DNA of 64,000 bases, from positions 49,416,001 through 49,480,000 of the forward strand of contig NC_045707.1 in NCBI RefSeq assembly GCF_009834535.1. The letters are read 5' to 3'. Both the position numbers and the translations under genes were made by a program. Shown here piece after piece: positions 1 to 13,040 of this stretch; within the stretch, counting starts at the first letter, position 1, and each line of letters starts with the position of its first letter. The notes under the pieces were generated by a model. It saw nothing but the letters and a program-made list of their open reading frames with translations, was not told the DNA's origin and searched no databases. This DNA is from Camelus ferus (lineage: Eukaryota).

Positions 1-565
1 TTAGGCTTAAAAATACTTGTTAATAGTATAAGAATAAAATACCTTCTGATAAACTGGGAGAAATAAACGGTTAGTATTAAGAAAGCTGGAAATTTACTAC
101 CCAATTCAACAAAAATCTCTATAAATTTGATAAATAGGATTTAAATCTGAATATCCTGATTGAATAAGCCTAGAAAATGGTACTTTTTTCCATTCGTATC
201 TACATTATTTTGAGGTGTTATTTTCAGCTTCAGCAGTGGTTAAAGCCAAACAAAAGCAAATTTAACAGAAAATTAGACTTTTGGGTTGTATTACATACAG
301 TCAAGTCAAGATTTTATAAGCAATGAAGAATATTTACTCATATTGTTCTCACATTAAATAATATAGTTTACTATATTAATATTATTAATGATGTAATAAA
401 ATGTGAATATTTTGGGGAGAGAAAAATGGATCATATACAACTAATAAATACAATGAAATAATACATAAAGTTATTTAAAATATTTAATTAATCTTCATGT
501 AGTAATATATAGTGCATATATAGTTTGCTGATGAGGTTCAGAATTTTACAAGTTTGAGTCTCATT

Positions 566-766
566 TGGGTTTCTCATTTAGAGCCCAAGTAAATCTTTGC
601 TGTAGAGAGGGGCTTATCCTGTGCCTAGAAGGATGTTTAACACTATCCCTGGACTCTGTCTACTAGGTACTAGTAGCTCCCAACCATATAGTTACAATAC
701 AGAATGTTTTCATATATTGTCAAATATCTTCTGGAAGGCAAATTCATCCCCCATTGAAAACCATCA
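566..766 (-). mobile_element. MER20 (hAT-Charlie) non-autonomous DNA transposon
   Basis: gggtttctca...cctgtgcctagaaggatgtttaacactatccctgg...ttgaaaaccatca resembles the reverse complement of the MER20 consensus as I recall it. Confidence 0.8.
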
Positions 767-1269
767 GTCTACATCACAAACCCAACATTAGAGTCTTACA
801 CTATCTGAACACAGCCTATATTTCTGATCTTATCCTCTAAAATTTGTATTTCTAACATTATCTCCTGTAACTTTGCTCACTTGTCATTTCTACTCCTCCC
901 CACCCCTCTGCAAACAACCCTTATCAAACAGCTATTTCAATCCTGACCTCCATTATTTATTTACCTCTGTTTTTGCTCATGGCTGGAATGATTTTCCACA
1001 ATTTCTTTATAATGCCTTACTCATTCTTCAAAATCTGTCTCAAATTATGCCTCCTTTCTAAGCTTTCTGACGCTTCCTTCAAATTCTCATGTTAGGACAA
1101 ACCTGCTCTTTAAGTACAAAATATACTTCTATTTTAGTTTATATTGCAAGCTCTCGTGTTTCTCCCCATTTGGTATTTTTCTCTCTTCTCAAACTCACAC
1201 CAGATCTCTTATAAAAATTGTGTACAGATTAAAATTATTGCTAATGTTACTGTTAGTGTTATTATTCAT

Positions 1270-1625
1270 TAATGAGGTACAATGGACTACAATGCCGGCT
1301 TTGAGAAGAAAATGGAAGAACTGTATGTATTTACATGAGAAGATGTTCAAAATATATTGCTAATTGAAAAGTGTAACTTATGGAACACTGCATATATTAT
1401 CATACCTTTGAGGAAAAAATACATAAACATTATGTTTATATATGTATGAAAAAATTTATAGGAGGATATAGAAGTAACTATAACAGTGGTTACTTCAGGG
1501 AAGCAAGAAATGGGTGAAGAAATGGAGGATTTTTCTTTCTAGTGCTGTATCTTTATGTGCAGTTTGGATTTTTTATCACAAATAGGAAATACTTCTATAA
1601 TTTGAAAAGTAATTAAAAAGTTACA
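1270..1625 (+). mobile_element. Ancient L1ME-type 3' end fragment
   Basis: Motifs atgagaagatgttcaaaatatattgctaattgaaaa and taacagtggttacttcaggg are typical of old L1 3' UTRs. Confidence 0.55.
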
Positions 1626-2140
1626 AAATGTATTTTTATGGTTTCCCTGCATTTTCTTGTTAGAAATCTGTTTCCCTAAAGATTGTAAATTCCTGAAAGG
1701 AAGACATTGAGCCCTAGCCTATGCATGAAATGGTACCCATTTTTATGACTATGATCTTTTCACACTGCCCTTCTCTCAGGCTTGTCATCTTAACTGAGTT
1801 TTGTTGATTTGACAGAAGCTGTTTATAAATCATTATAGTTAGTAGTCAATAGTAGTACAGTTCCCTGGATAATATTTCTCCATAGATATACAGAAAGGTA
1901 AATTGAAATTTTCTATCACAGAGAAGCAACGATATTTCCTGGAAGCAAGGGTTAAAGTTTAGTATTTGAATTAAGAAGGTGAGTTTGTTTTCTGGTTTTA
2001 TTCATATGAAGAGAAAGGTGGTTTGGCTCTTCTAAGGTCTTCTTTGTTACCTAAACTAGGTACCTACTTAACCAAATCTGTGAGGTTATTAATTTAACCA
2101 AAAGGACATTTAGAGTTCTCTGCTCTAACATTTCTAACCA

Positions 2141-2209
2141 TTATACTGTACACCAGTACACCAGAAATTGACACAACATTGTAAACTGACTATACTTCAA
2201 TTAAAAAAA
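2141..2209 (+). mobile_element. Severely 5'-truncated camelid L1 3' terminus
   Basis: ctgtacaccag...aaattgacacaacattgtaaactgactatacttcaattaaaaaaa; a near-identical motif recurs at about 51980 and a related one at about 54990. Confidence 0.8.
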
Positions 2210-3990
2210 GGCAATAACTTATGAATGTCTGCTGCAGGGATGCAGCTAGACCCCAGCTCTTATTTTTCCTTGTCATGCCCAATTAAGTTGGTCAATGGCT
2301 CATAGTCTTGGTCACAAACTTCTCAACTGCCTGCTTCCTGTACTGCGGGTGGGGGAAGATTACTGGGCTGCCTTTAAGGATTAGTAATGGAAATACTGAA
2401 TCCTATGGTCCAGAAGAGTCTTATATGAAAACTTCAAGGAGTATGGAAAAAATTAGGAGAACTTTTTCCTAAGACATACATTATGAAAAGCTACTCGAAG
2501 TTCCCATTTTGGGAGCAAGAACATTTTTGCTGATTTTTACTGCAAACTGCCACAGATAACATGGTAATTATGTATGTTGAAAATAGTCTAATTCTGAGTC
2601 ACTCAGTAAGGATTAAAGAAAAAAAATGATGGTGAAAAAAATATGTTTGAAAATCTTGTATAGAAATTCTTTCAAAATAGTATCCAACTTTTCTTAGGAG
2701 AGTCCGTCTTTGTTCAGGGTCACTTGATTGAAAAGTTGATTTCTCTAAGTATTTGTTTTATTTCTTAGTCATGAATTTTTAACTCATTGAAAGACTGTAA
2801 GCCTAATACAAATAAAGTAGGTTATGAGATAAATTATTAAAGGAGCATAGCTATTCAGAGGGCATGGTTATACTTTCAATAAAAAGTGAAATTGTGACTG
2901 AGAACATATGAACACAGAAATAAGTGAAGGAATAAACAGAATGTGAACAACAGTGGCAGGGAAATGGCTACTGGGAGCAGTCAGGAATATTGTAAAAACA
3001 GGATTCAGGGAACATAGTTCCATGTTCTAAGACTATGAAACTACAATAGTAAACAGACAGGCAGAGATTCTCCATCTCTCCATCCCCCACATGCTTACAG
3101 CTAGTGAGGATATAGAAATAAACAGGCAGGTATTTTCCTAATTCCTTTGAGGATAGTCAAAGAGAGCCAAGATTTCTTTCTGAGTACATTATTTTCTACT
3201 TTCCTAGAATTCATAGCTGAACATTGAAAAGTATTTTTAAGTGTTTTTATTTCCTGATGAGAGGGCGGGAGAGAAACTGATAAGAAAAGCCACTTTCCTT
3301 GTTTCCACCTCTACTATGGAAGAAATGTCCTGTTTTTCAGTGAAGAAAAGAGGGAGTCAAAACATAGGACACCTCTGTACACTAGTTAGGAAATTCCTGG
3401 AATACCAGGCTGTTTCCAGTAATAGTAGGTCATTGCTTTTATCAGCCTATATTGCCGAAATGCAGTAAGCACTGACTACACAAGTACTAAGGGCCAAGCA
3501 AGCAATGTTCATAAATCTTGGTAGGAACATGGACCTTGGTGTTCAAGTCTCAGATTTTTTTTTTTCTTTTTGCCTTGGTACTGAGTCAAAAAGAAAGATT
3601 TTTGGATCAGGGTCTTCTTCCACTCCATAAATATCTATTTGTGGAATGAATAGGAATCCCTGGCTATTGTAATGTTTATAGCAACTCCTGGAATGCTGGT
3701 AACTATGTGGAAAGTAAAATTATTGTCTTCGAAGGAAAAAAACTGACTCATATTCAAAACAAATACAATCCTATGCAGATTTTGATTAAAGAAATAAGTT
3801 TAAGTTCTTTAAGATCATGTCAAAAAATCTCATCTTTTTGAAATGGCAAGTGGTTACATAGTCATTAAGAGTTATTAGGGTTTGTTCAATTTAATTTCAA
3901 TATATAGTACCAAATACTATGAAAATCCTCAAATTTATTTTGGATCAATAAATATTAATAGAGGACCTAGAATATACCAGGTTACCTATC

Positions 3991-4378
3991 ATATATTTAT
4001 CAAGATTCAAATGGAGAAACAAATCCAGTAGGGGATATATCCAAAGAGTTATTGCAAAGAAATGGCTTATATAATTGTGTGTGCTAGCAAGGCAAGCCTG
4101 AAATCTGAATCACAGGCTGGACTTCTTTAGTATGTGATGTAGTTGCTGTCCACAAGTGGAATTTCTTCTTCAGAGAAGCCTCAGCTCTACCCTTAAGGCC
4201 TTTCAACTGACTGAATCAGGACCACTTGTATTATTGAAGGTAATCTGTCTTTCATTCTTAAAGTCAGTTGATTATGAACTTTAATCTACAAAATACCTTC
4301 ATGGAAATATGATTAGTGTTTGATTGAAAACTGTAAGCTATAACTTAGTCAAATTAACACATAAAACTGTTCATCACA
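3991..4378 (-). mobile_element. MLT2 (ERVL) solo LTR, MLT2D-like
   Basis: cccttaaggcctttcaactgactg...aaaataccttca...aaattaacacataaaactgttcatcaca resembles an MLT2 reverse complement. Confidence 0.8.
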
Positions 4379-4809
4379 CTGTGTTTTTTAGTTTAGGAGA
4401 AGGCAAGGATGGTAAAATATGCCTCTTTTTTTCAAGAAGCTCATTAAAAATAGAAGATATCTCCTTAAACAGGCAGGATGCAGTTACTTCCTCTGGAATA
4501 TTTTAACTGGTGTAATGGGAATATTTAGGACGGAAAGATGGCTTCCAACTCAAAGGATAAAAAATTTCAAGATTGAGATGACATTTTGGTATGAGGATCT
4601 AGACCTCATTGCTACCTTCACTAATAACTACGTAACTTTGAAAAACTCATTTAACCTCTTAGAGCCTCAAAATGATTCTTAAACAGGATCATATGCATGT
4701 ATTGTTTAACTGATAACAGTTAAAAATGAAATGTGAAAACGGAAGTGAAAACAATAAATAATATTTTATAATATTAACATCATTGGACATTTTCTCTAAA
4801 TTTTGATAT

Positions 4810-5331
4810 TATGGTAAATTGAATGATGGCTTTCAAAGATGTCCATATTCTAATCTCCAGAACCTGTGAATATGTTGTTACTTCAAATGGCAAAAGAGAT
4901 TTTGCAGATGTGATTAAAATAAGATCTTGAGATGGGGAAACTGTCCTGAATTATCCTTATGGCCTCTGTAATCACAAGAGTTCCTATAAGAGGGAGGCAG
5001 AAGAGTCAGAGATAGAAAGAAATGATGTGGTGACAGAAGCATAGAAAGATAAGGAGAGGTAATGTCAGGGGCAGAGGTTCAGAAGGGCGATGTGATTTCT
5101 GCCTGAAAGGGCATAATGAGCCAAGGGTGGCCTCTAGAAGCTGGAAAAGACTAGGAAAGAGGTTCTTTTCTACAGCCTCTGGAGGGCACAGGACCCTGTT
5201 AACGCCTTGATTTCAGTCCACTGAAACCCATCTTGGACTTTTGGCCTCCAGAACTGTAAGACAATTTTGTGTTGTTCTGAACCACATAAGATTGTAGTAA
5301 TCTGCTAGAGCAGCACTAGGAAACCAATACA
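4810..5331 (+). mobile_element. MLT1D-like MaLR solo LTR
   Basis: aatctccagaacctgtgaatatg...ttttgcagatgtgattaa...ggcctccagaactgtaaga...ggaaaccaataca. Confidence 0.85.
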
Positions 5332-5559
5332 TATATACTGTCTTGAAGTGTTATTTACTCTGTCAGAGAATGCTGTTTGTCCCCAGTGTCCATTCAATTG
5401 TTTGTACAGCTTTAGCTTAAAAAAAAATTTAGAATAAAGACTAAATTTCTTTTGCAGCTAGAACGGCAGATAAATAAGTTTTTGCCTGTGTAAGGTAAGG
5501 GGAAGAGAAGTTCTAAAAAGTATCTGTGAAAGAAACAAGCCTTTCCTTCATCTCTCCTT

Positions 5560-5800
5560 TCTCCTTCATGATGACTGTGATTACGACATGATGAACAAAG
5601 CTAGGCCAGACAACTCTGACCATGGGATGGGAAGCTTGTATTGAAGACAGCAAAGCAAAAATAGACAGAGAAAGCCAGGGTCCCTAACTGTGGAGCCATC
5701 ATATTAGCTCTTGACCAAGTATCCAGAATTTTGTATGAGAAAGAAATCAACTTTTGCCTTTTGTTTAAATATGCTTATTCTGAGTCTTCACTTACAACAA
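5560..5800 (+). mobile_element. Old MaLR LTR fragment (MLT1J/K-like)
   Basis: gaaagccagggtccct...tgagaaagaaatcaactttt...gtttaa motifs. Confidence 0.55.
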
Positions 5801-6502
5801 AATAATTTTGCCTATTTATATTTATATTTCTCAGTTAAGTAGACATTTCTTCCACATGCATAATAAAAATGAGTGTTGGGTAAAACTCCTGCCCATTGAA
5901 GGCTAAGTAGAGTTTCATTAAATGGAAGATACTAGAGAATGTAACACTAATAGAAGGAAAACCATAAGTAAAAATAAAGAAATAAAATCTATATACATTA
6001 TTTTTCAAATGTAGAGTGGTTGGTATATTCTAAATAAAAGATAAATTTGCTGGTATTAACCATTCACCATGTGCACAGCCACAATCCTATTATTATTTCT
6101 TTAAATAACCACCATCCATCATCAATACTAGATTTAACACTGCAAACACATTTAGCCTACTGAGTGTTTTAAGCAGTTGTTTATCTAGCTAAACTTTTAT
6201 TTTGAAAGGCAAAAGGTTCCCATGAAGATATGCTGATAAAGAATGTGTGACTATTTTCCCCTGGCATCATGCTACAGAGATATGCTGTACATTAAGGATT
6301 CCTTTACAAGTTAGTAAAATCAATAAAAATCATGGAATCTTCAACTCAGATATCAGAAATATGCAAAAGTAATGACACCCTACTGGAAAGATATAGCCAG
6401 TGAAGAAATTAAAATGTTAACTACTGACCTCTCTAGTCCTTAACAGCTTTACAGGTGTGTTCTACCAAACTGCAAGGAACAGAAAAATTTCTATCTGTCT
6501 CA

Positions 6503-7716
6503 TGTCAGGTTTCTGAGATGGATATTATCATACAATAAAGGAGTTGTCTCAGGATTAAAAACTGTGGGTAAAAGGAAGAGACAAGATTGGGCATAGGAGA
6601 AACTGGGCTGTGATGCAGTCAGAACAAATTCCACGGGGGCATTCTGAAACTGAATAGGGGTCAGTTGTCTATAAATGTCCATCAACCAGTCAACAGTGCA
6701 AGCATAGACACACATCATAGAGCCCAGAAAGAGGGCAAAATGTTGAGAAAGGTGACCCTCTTCAGTCAAGGACAGTTACCAGACATTGCTGAAATTGAGG
6801 CTGTTAGCCAGCATTCCTCACAGCAGCAGAGGAAATAGGTCCTCCAACTCTGAAAGGAGTTGGATAGCACAACATAGTGTCCTCTATAGCCTACTCTGTG
6901 TACTGCTTGGGTCTACCCTTTTGTTTAGGTTTTGGGAGCACCTCCTCTGGGAGTCTGTTGGGCCTCTTTGCTGGCAAACTTACAAGAGAAAGTCCTTACC
7001 CTTGCAGCTGATGATCAGCTCTCCAGTTACCTATTTGAGATTCCCCTCGCTCACAGCTGGCTTCTGCTGGGCTCTGAGGAGTCTGAGCCCTTGATCACGA
7101 CATCCTTCTCAGGTTGTCGCAGCTACCATGACCATTTACCATAAAATTCACAAGAAAGTACCAAGAGATGCCCCAGTGAGTTGCCTGGGTTCCACATGTA
7201 TCTCCCTGTGTTCACGTTGTGTAACAACAGTTTTCTTTCGCGTGATTACCAGGGTCAATCCCCCCCATCAGGAAGGTTATTCTTTTTTATTATCTGATCT
7301 CCCTGACCAAGGAGTTTAAAGTGCCCAGGCAGGAGGCACAGCTTAAAATCAATGGAAATTTTGCTACTTCTCCTGGTGAGATCCATCCTGCTTCGGGATC
7401 CAGTACTTTTAAACACAGGAAGCCCAGAGCTGTGGGATGGGAAGCACAAATTTCCCCCAAGTGGACCACTGAAAATGATGGTACTTGAGGCCATTTTTAA
7501 TCCCATCCCTTGTTTCCCAAACTCACACAGCATACGTTGGAAACACAGCACCACACAATCAACACTGATGTGGAGTGTGTTGCACTCCACAGTATAACAT
7601 CCCATCTTCAATAGGCATTTTTTCTGATCTAGCAACTCAACTGTGCTTTCAACAGGTATTATTCTATCAGCCACACCATTTCCAGACGGTGCAATATATG
7701 GTAGCACCAGTGCCAT
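6503..7716 (-). mobile_element. ERVL-class remnant: LTR (about 6503-6890) plus 3' internal region with decayed integrase-end/dUTPase-like sequence
   Basis: The minus ORF 7255-7716 contains 'FKLCLLPGHFKLL', resembling the ERVL 'WKLRLPPGHFGLL' motif. The adjacent sequence (gggctgtgatgcag...) resembles LTR40/LTR16-group LTRs. Confidence 0.7.
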
Positions 7717-8775
7717 AATTCAAACATAATAGGATCAATGAGTAAACACAAGAGAAAAAAAAAGTGCTGCCCTTATACAGCTTATGTTCTAGTGGCAGAA
7801 GACAAAGGATTTTTATCAGAGAGCTATCAACAATCTAAACTTGTATCTTCTTAACAGCATAGTCATATATACATTTTGACAGAGCTACAAAGAGAATGGA
7901 CAAATTTACCATCACAGCAGAAGATACCAACAAATCTTTCTGAGTTATAGGTAGATCTAATAATAACATAAACAATAAAAAGTAAGAATATGGAGCATTT
8001 AACAGCATCAAAACAGCCTGATATGAAGCCATTATAAAGAATACCACTGTAGAACATACAATCTTTGCTTGCAAACGGAACATTTCTGAATATTGTCAAC
8101 ATACTGGCCAATAAACTTATCTCAGTAAATGTCAAAAGATAGGAATCAAAGAGACCATTCCCTCTGTCTGTAATGCAATTATGGTATACATAAATATTCA
8201 AAAACTGACTAGAAAAATCCCATGTGTTTGAAAGTTAGAAACTTCTTTTATAATTCATGGGTCAAATAAAAACTCAATGAAAATTAGAAAATGCATAAAA
8301 TTGAATGATAATGAAAATAATACATATCAAAATTGAAGCCTGTAGCTAGCTAAAGTAGTTCTTAGAGGAAATTATACAGTTGTAAAATGACCATATTAAA
8401 AGAGAAGGAAAAAAATCAAAATTAACTAGCTAAGCTTCAAATTTAAGACGTGAGATAAAGAAATATAAAATATACCCAGAGAGAATTTGAAGGGAGTAAG
8501 TAACTATATAATGGCCAAAGATAGTGAAATAGAATACAAAAATAAAATAGAGATGATAAATAAAACCAAAAAAAATTAAAGCTAATAAAATTAACAAAAC
8601 TCTAACAACAGTAACCAAGAAAAAATAAGACTCAAATAAAGAATTTGAATAAAAATGGGAGTAATATTTGAAATTATACATATATTAGGTAATTTTTGAG
8701 AAAAACATAACATACCAGAACTAAATTAAGAAAACTTAACAACCCATTTATTCTACTCATTAAATAAATCTTCAC

Positions 8776-8831
8776 TAGTAGTAGTAGTAGCAGTAGTAAT
8801 AATAATAATAATAATAGTAATAATAATAATA
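8776..8831. repeat. Compound (TAG)n/(TAA)n microsatellite
   Basis: Seen directly in the sequence. Confidence 0.9.
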
Positions 8832-10184
8832 TCTATACTGAATTACTTGCAGCTTCTTTAAAATATTTAAGGAGCAAATAATTAAAATTTTAAATAAATG
8901 AGAGAGGAGAAACAGTCTTCAACTCAATTTATGAATCTAGAAAAATCTTGAATTGAAATGTAAGAACATTATTAGAAAATAAATTATAGGACAAGTTCAC
9001 TTACAAACAGAAATTTGAAAGCCCTAAATATAATACTACAGAATTAAATCCAGCAATGTGTGCTAAAAAAAATACAGAATGACTACATTTGGTTTAGCCC
9101 AGGAATGAAAAGATTTTTACTATTAGAAAATAAATTGAAATTATTTACCAAATTAATTTAAAGATTATAAATGTATGATCTCAACAGCTGATAACACTCA
9201 GCATCCTTTCATAGTTAAGAGAAAAAACTCTTAGAAAATTAGGAATAGAAGGGAAATTGTATTATGTGATTAATGACATTCTACGCCATTCCCAGAAAAA
9301 AACAATTGAATGCTTTCCTTGTAAAATCATTTCAAGAGAAGGTTGCTCCCCACTGCCCCTTCTCTTGAACATGGTACTAGAGTCCTAATCAGCACAATAG
9401 AGTATCAAAAATAAATAAAAAGTAAAATAATTAGAAATAAGAAAACAAAGCCATCACTATTCAAAGTTAATATTATCTAAGTAAAAAAAAGCAAATGAAT
9501 GTACAACTAAATTATAAGAATTGAATTTAGCAAAAATTCTAGATATAGAAATTATCAACAAATATTCAGAAAAGGTAGTATTAAAAAGATAGTTTCAACA
9601 GCAGGAAAAAAAGTACCTAGAAATGTGCGAAATTGTATAGGGAAAATATATAAAATATTATTGAAAAATATAAAACAACCTAAATAAATATTGAAATTAG
9701 TCATGTTTATGGATTGGGAGACTCAATACAGTGAAGGTTACTGGAAAATGATAGAAAATTTAAGTACTATCTGCTAAGAAAAGTGGTTCTATCACATAGT
9801 TTTCAAAAATCAACTCCTGATGAATAAAGATTCCACTGCGAAGTGCAAAACTATAAAATATTAGGATACAAGGTAAAATAATATCTTTTTTAACTCCGAG
9901 AATAGAAATAGATCTTTAACAATAAACAAAGAAAGGCTAACCACAAAAGAAATAATGATAAATTCTGGACTTGATACAATATAAAGTTTTTTTTAAAAAA
10001 AGACAATTTTGAAGAAGGCATAAGAAAACTGACAACAGCAGTGAAATAAATGAATTAAAAATAACATGAAACAAGCATTTGGATGAAACAATATTGGGTA
10101 GAAAAAGCAAGTCACATAGAATTATTCAGTATTATTCTACTTATATACAATTTAAGAACATAGAAAACTAAGTTATTTTTAGGA

Positions 10185-10692
10185 GTGGCCGATTGCAACA
10201 AAGTTCTCAAATTCCTCCCATCTTTATTTGCACACTCTTTTGCAATGTGATTTTGCAGCTGCTCCTTTCAAGGGGTAGAGTCTATTTCTCCACTCTTCAG
10301 ACTTTCACTTGACCATGTTACTCACTTTAGTTAATGGAAATTAGCAAACATGACACAACTGGAGGCTAGGAAATCTCTTGGAACTTGCCACCACCATGTG
10401 AATAAGTCTGGGTTAGCTTTGTCTTTGGTAAGAGACCTGTGATCAAGAATCCCAGCTGACGCAGAATAATCTACTGTAAGATGGGTGAGAGAGACCATCC
10501 TGGACAAGTCAGCCCCAGCTGAGCCATCAATTGACTGCAGATGAGATAACACAGCAGAGAAAGGCAGAGCCTTTCCAAAGAACTGCCCAGACAACCCAGA
10601 GAATCATGAGAAAAGGTGATCATTTATTATTTTAAGCCGTTACATTTTGGAATTTTTTGTTGTATTGCTATGCACCAAAATTAAATGACACA
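10185..10692 (+). mobile_element. MLT1F/G/H-type MaLR solo LTR nested in L1
   Basis: ttgcaatgtgattttgcagctgctcc...gagtctatttctccac...ttttaagcc...aaatgacaca. Confidence 0.75.
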
Positions 10693-12459
10693 CTGTTATT
10701 CAAACATGTAGTAAAATTATAAGTAAAAGAGAACAAGAAACTCAAATGGTCTCTATCTCTGAAGAGAGTGTCGATATGATTAATTAGAAAATTAGTAGGT
10801 GACTACAAAATTAATGATAATATTCTGTTTCTTAAACTGAGTAGCATGTACTTTATGTTTGCTATTCCTCATTGCTTTCATATATTTTATAAATATTTTT
10901 TAACTAGTTAAAATAATAGTCAATAAAATCTGTTTTTTAAAGGATTATATGCATTAGCTCTTTTCCAGTCTCTTTACCTTATAAAGTCAATATGTGTAAT
11001 AAAATTATAGAACCAGTGTTGAAACGCACCTCAGGGGTTACCTAATAGACCAGGCAAAATTCTGGTGATTAATAGATTAAATCACCTATCCCACTCAATT
11101 ATATCATGTTCTTTTTCTTATCTCTCTTTATGCAAATCATGTCTCCAATCACTGTCTTCTTTAGCTCAATCTTCAGATTAAGTACCATTACCAAAGAATT
11201 CATTATTTGTTCATGGGGGCATTGCTCCCTGAAATGTTCTTCTATCTAATATCTTTTGCTAGTATTTCTAGGAACCTATTTGGATTCTAGATTGTGCCTG
11301 GCCCATGCATCCTTTGGATTCCAAATACCAAAGAGCTATCCAAAACCAAATTTTTTAAACGAACAATATATCATGCAAAGTATCCACACACACAAAAAAT
11401 CTCTTTACACATTGATGACAGAAAGTCTACTCCTTTGACAACAATTCTTTGAACAAATGTTTGATTTTCCAGGAAAAACAAACCAACTTGTGGATTATAC
11501 AACAAGGAAGTATCACTGTCATAACTAGATAGACCTCCCAGTTCTCTCCCAAGGAAGGGGCACTCTAAGTTTCAGAAATGAACAGAGATTAACCTTGACA
11601 ATCAGATTATTCTCATCCAATAGAAGCAAAGATTGAGTTTATGAGTAAAATGCAAAACACCAAGGATCTGTAAGAACCAAATGGGGACACATGTAAACAA
11701 GTCATATTTAATCATGGTAAGAAATGAAATATTTATACTTGTACCTTTTCAGTCTCTGAGCTATTCATGAACCTGGATGATGAGACTCCAAAACCACAAC
11801 AAGATTCTTCTATTTGTCTTGAATTATGCAGAGACATTATGTATTTGACATGAGGTGATCTCGTTATTAAAGGAAAGAAGACCAAGAGGGAATACTCAGG
11901 AGCAATCTTCAACTTCATTACTCTGAGTGGCTATTTACCTCTAAGCAAGTGGCTCAAGACCTCTATATTTCACAATGTTATGATCATCACCAAACATATC
12001 ATTAACTTACATTGTTCCTGCATTTGTAATTAAATTGGTAATTGTTTTATAAATTTGCATAATAATTGCCAACTTCAATATGCTTAAAAATTATTTTCAA
12101 TTGTATAAAATAGGAGAACTCAGTCATGTGGGAAGTTTGTCTTCTGGCTTAATTTATTGAGTGGCCTCTTTTTTGTGCTTAGTATCTTCATGTGGCCTTT
12201 AGGACAGCAGCAGCTCCCTAGATTCCTACCAGAATATGAGCCATCCAAGGTACACCACCTTGTTTAGATACTCCCTTTCTACTTTTAAGGAATAAGAGAG
12301 AGGATAGATAAAAGGATGGAGACAGATGGATATCTATATGGATAGGTGGATAGATATAGATATTGATAACATGAAAGGATAGCTGTTAATAAAATCAATG
12401 AGAGACCATTTTAAGTGCTAAATATATAAAAGCAAAGACAATTTAATTATTTTTCCTCA

Positions 12460-13040
12460 TTCTTCCATTCATTCATTCTAACTCTTATTTACCTATTATT
12501 ATGGTAGATAAATAATGTAAATAAGTTTGTGTCCCCACAGAGATTATAGTAGGAATCACAGAGTTGGAAATAATTAGAATTTAGTGGGTTACATATTGTA
12601 GAAGTGTGTCTAGGTAGAGCAGTATTACAAAAGAGGGGAAAATCAATTCTGCATAGGATGGAGAGAGAGAAGAAAAAGAAGCTGAGATTTCACAGAGAGA
12701 TACGTGAGCTGAACCAGAAAGGGAGAATGGAACTTGGCAGGGTCCGTTGTAGCAAGTCTCCAATTTTGGACTCAACAATTATTTATTAAAGCCTTTTTAA
12801 GGTTCTAAACACTGTGGTAGGTACCTAAGATATAAAGGAAATAATAACAGTTCATAAAATCAAGTAACTTCTAATTCAAGCTGAGAAACAGATCCATAAA
12901 TAAGTAATAAAATTCTAAAATACAGGACAGTAAACTTTATCCATGTGATTGAACAAAGAACAACAGACATAACGAACAATTCTGTTTGCCCCGAGGGAAC
13001 TGGAAAAAGCTTTCCAGAGGAGGTGACATGTAAGACTGTA
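12460..13040 (+). mobile_element. L2 3' fragments
   Basis: cattcattcattc, caacaattatttattaaagcc and aaaagctttccagaggaggtgacat are typical L2 remnants. Strand and bounds are uncertain. Confidence 0.5.

Larger units (their letters stand above)
7850..10910 (+). mobile_element. Ancient L1M (L1ME-like) ORF2 and 3' remnant, interrupted by an MLT1
   Basis: A-rich strand with decayed L1 landmarks: tagaaaaatcccatgtgtttgaaagttagaaac, aaagtagttcttagaggaaattatacag, tagcccaggaatgaaa, catgtttatggattgggagactcaata. Confidence 0.75.

Noticed and set aside
7255..7716. 153-aa minus-strand ORF as a host gene
   Set aside because: It is a frameshift mosaic of ERVL pol-end sequence next to an LTR.
11753..11853. 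Possible terminal coding exon (SELFMNLDDETPKPQQDSSICLELCRDIMYLT*)
   Set aside because: The acceptor is plausible, but the peptide is unrecognised and there are no supporting upstream exons.
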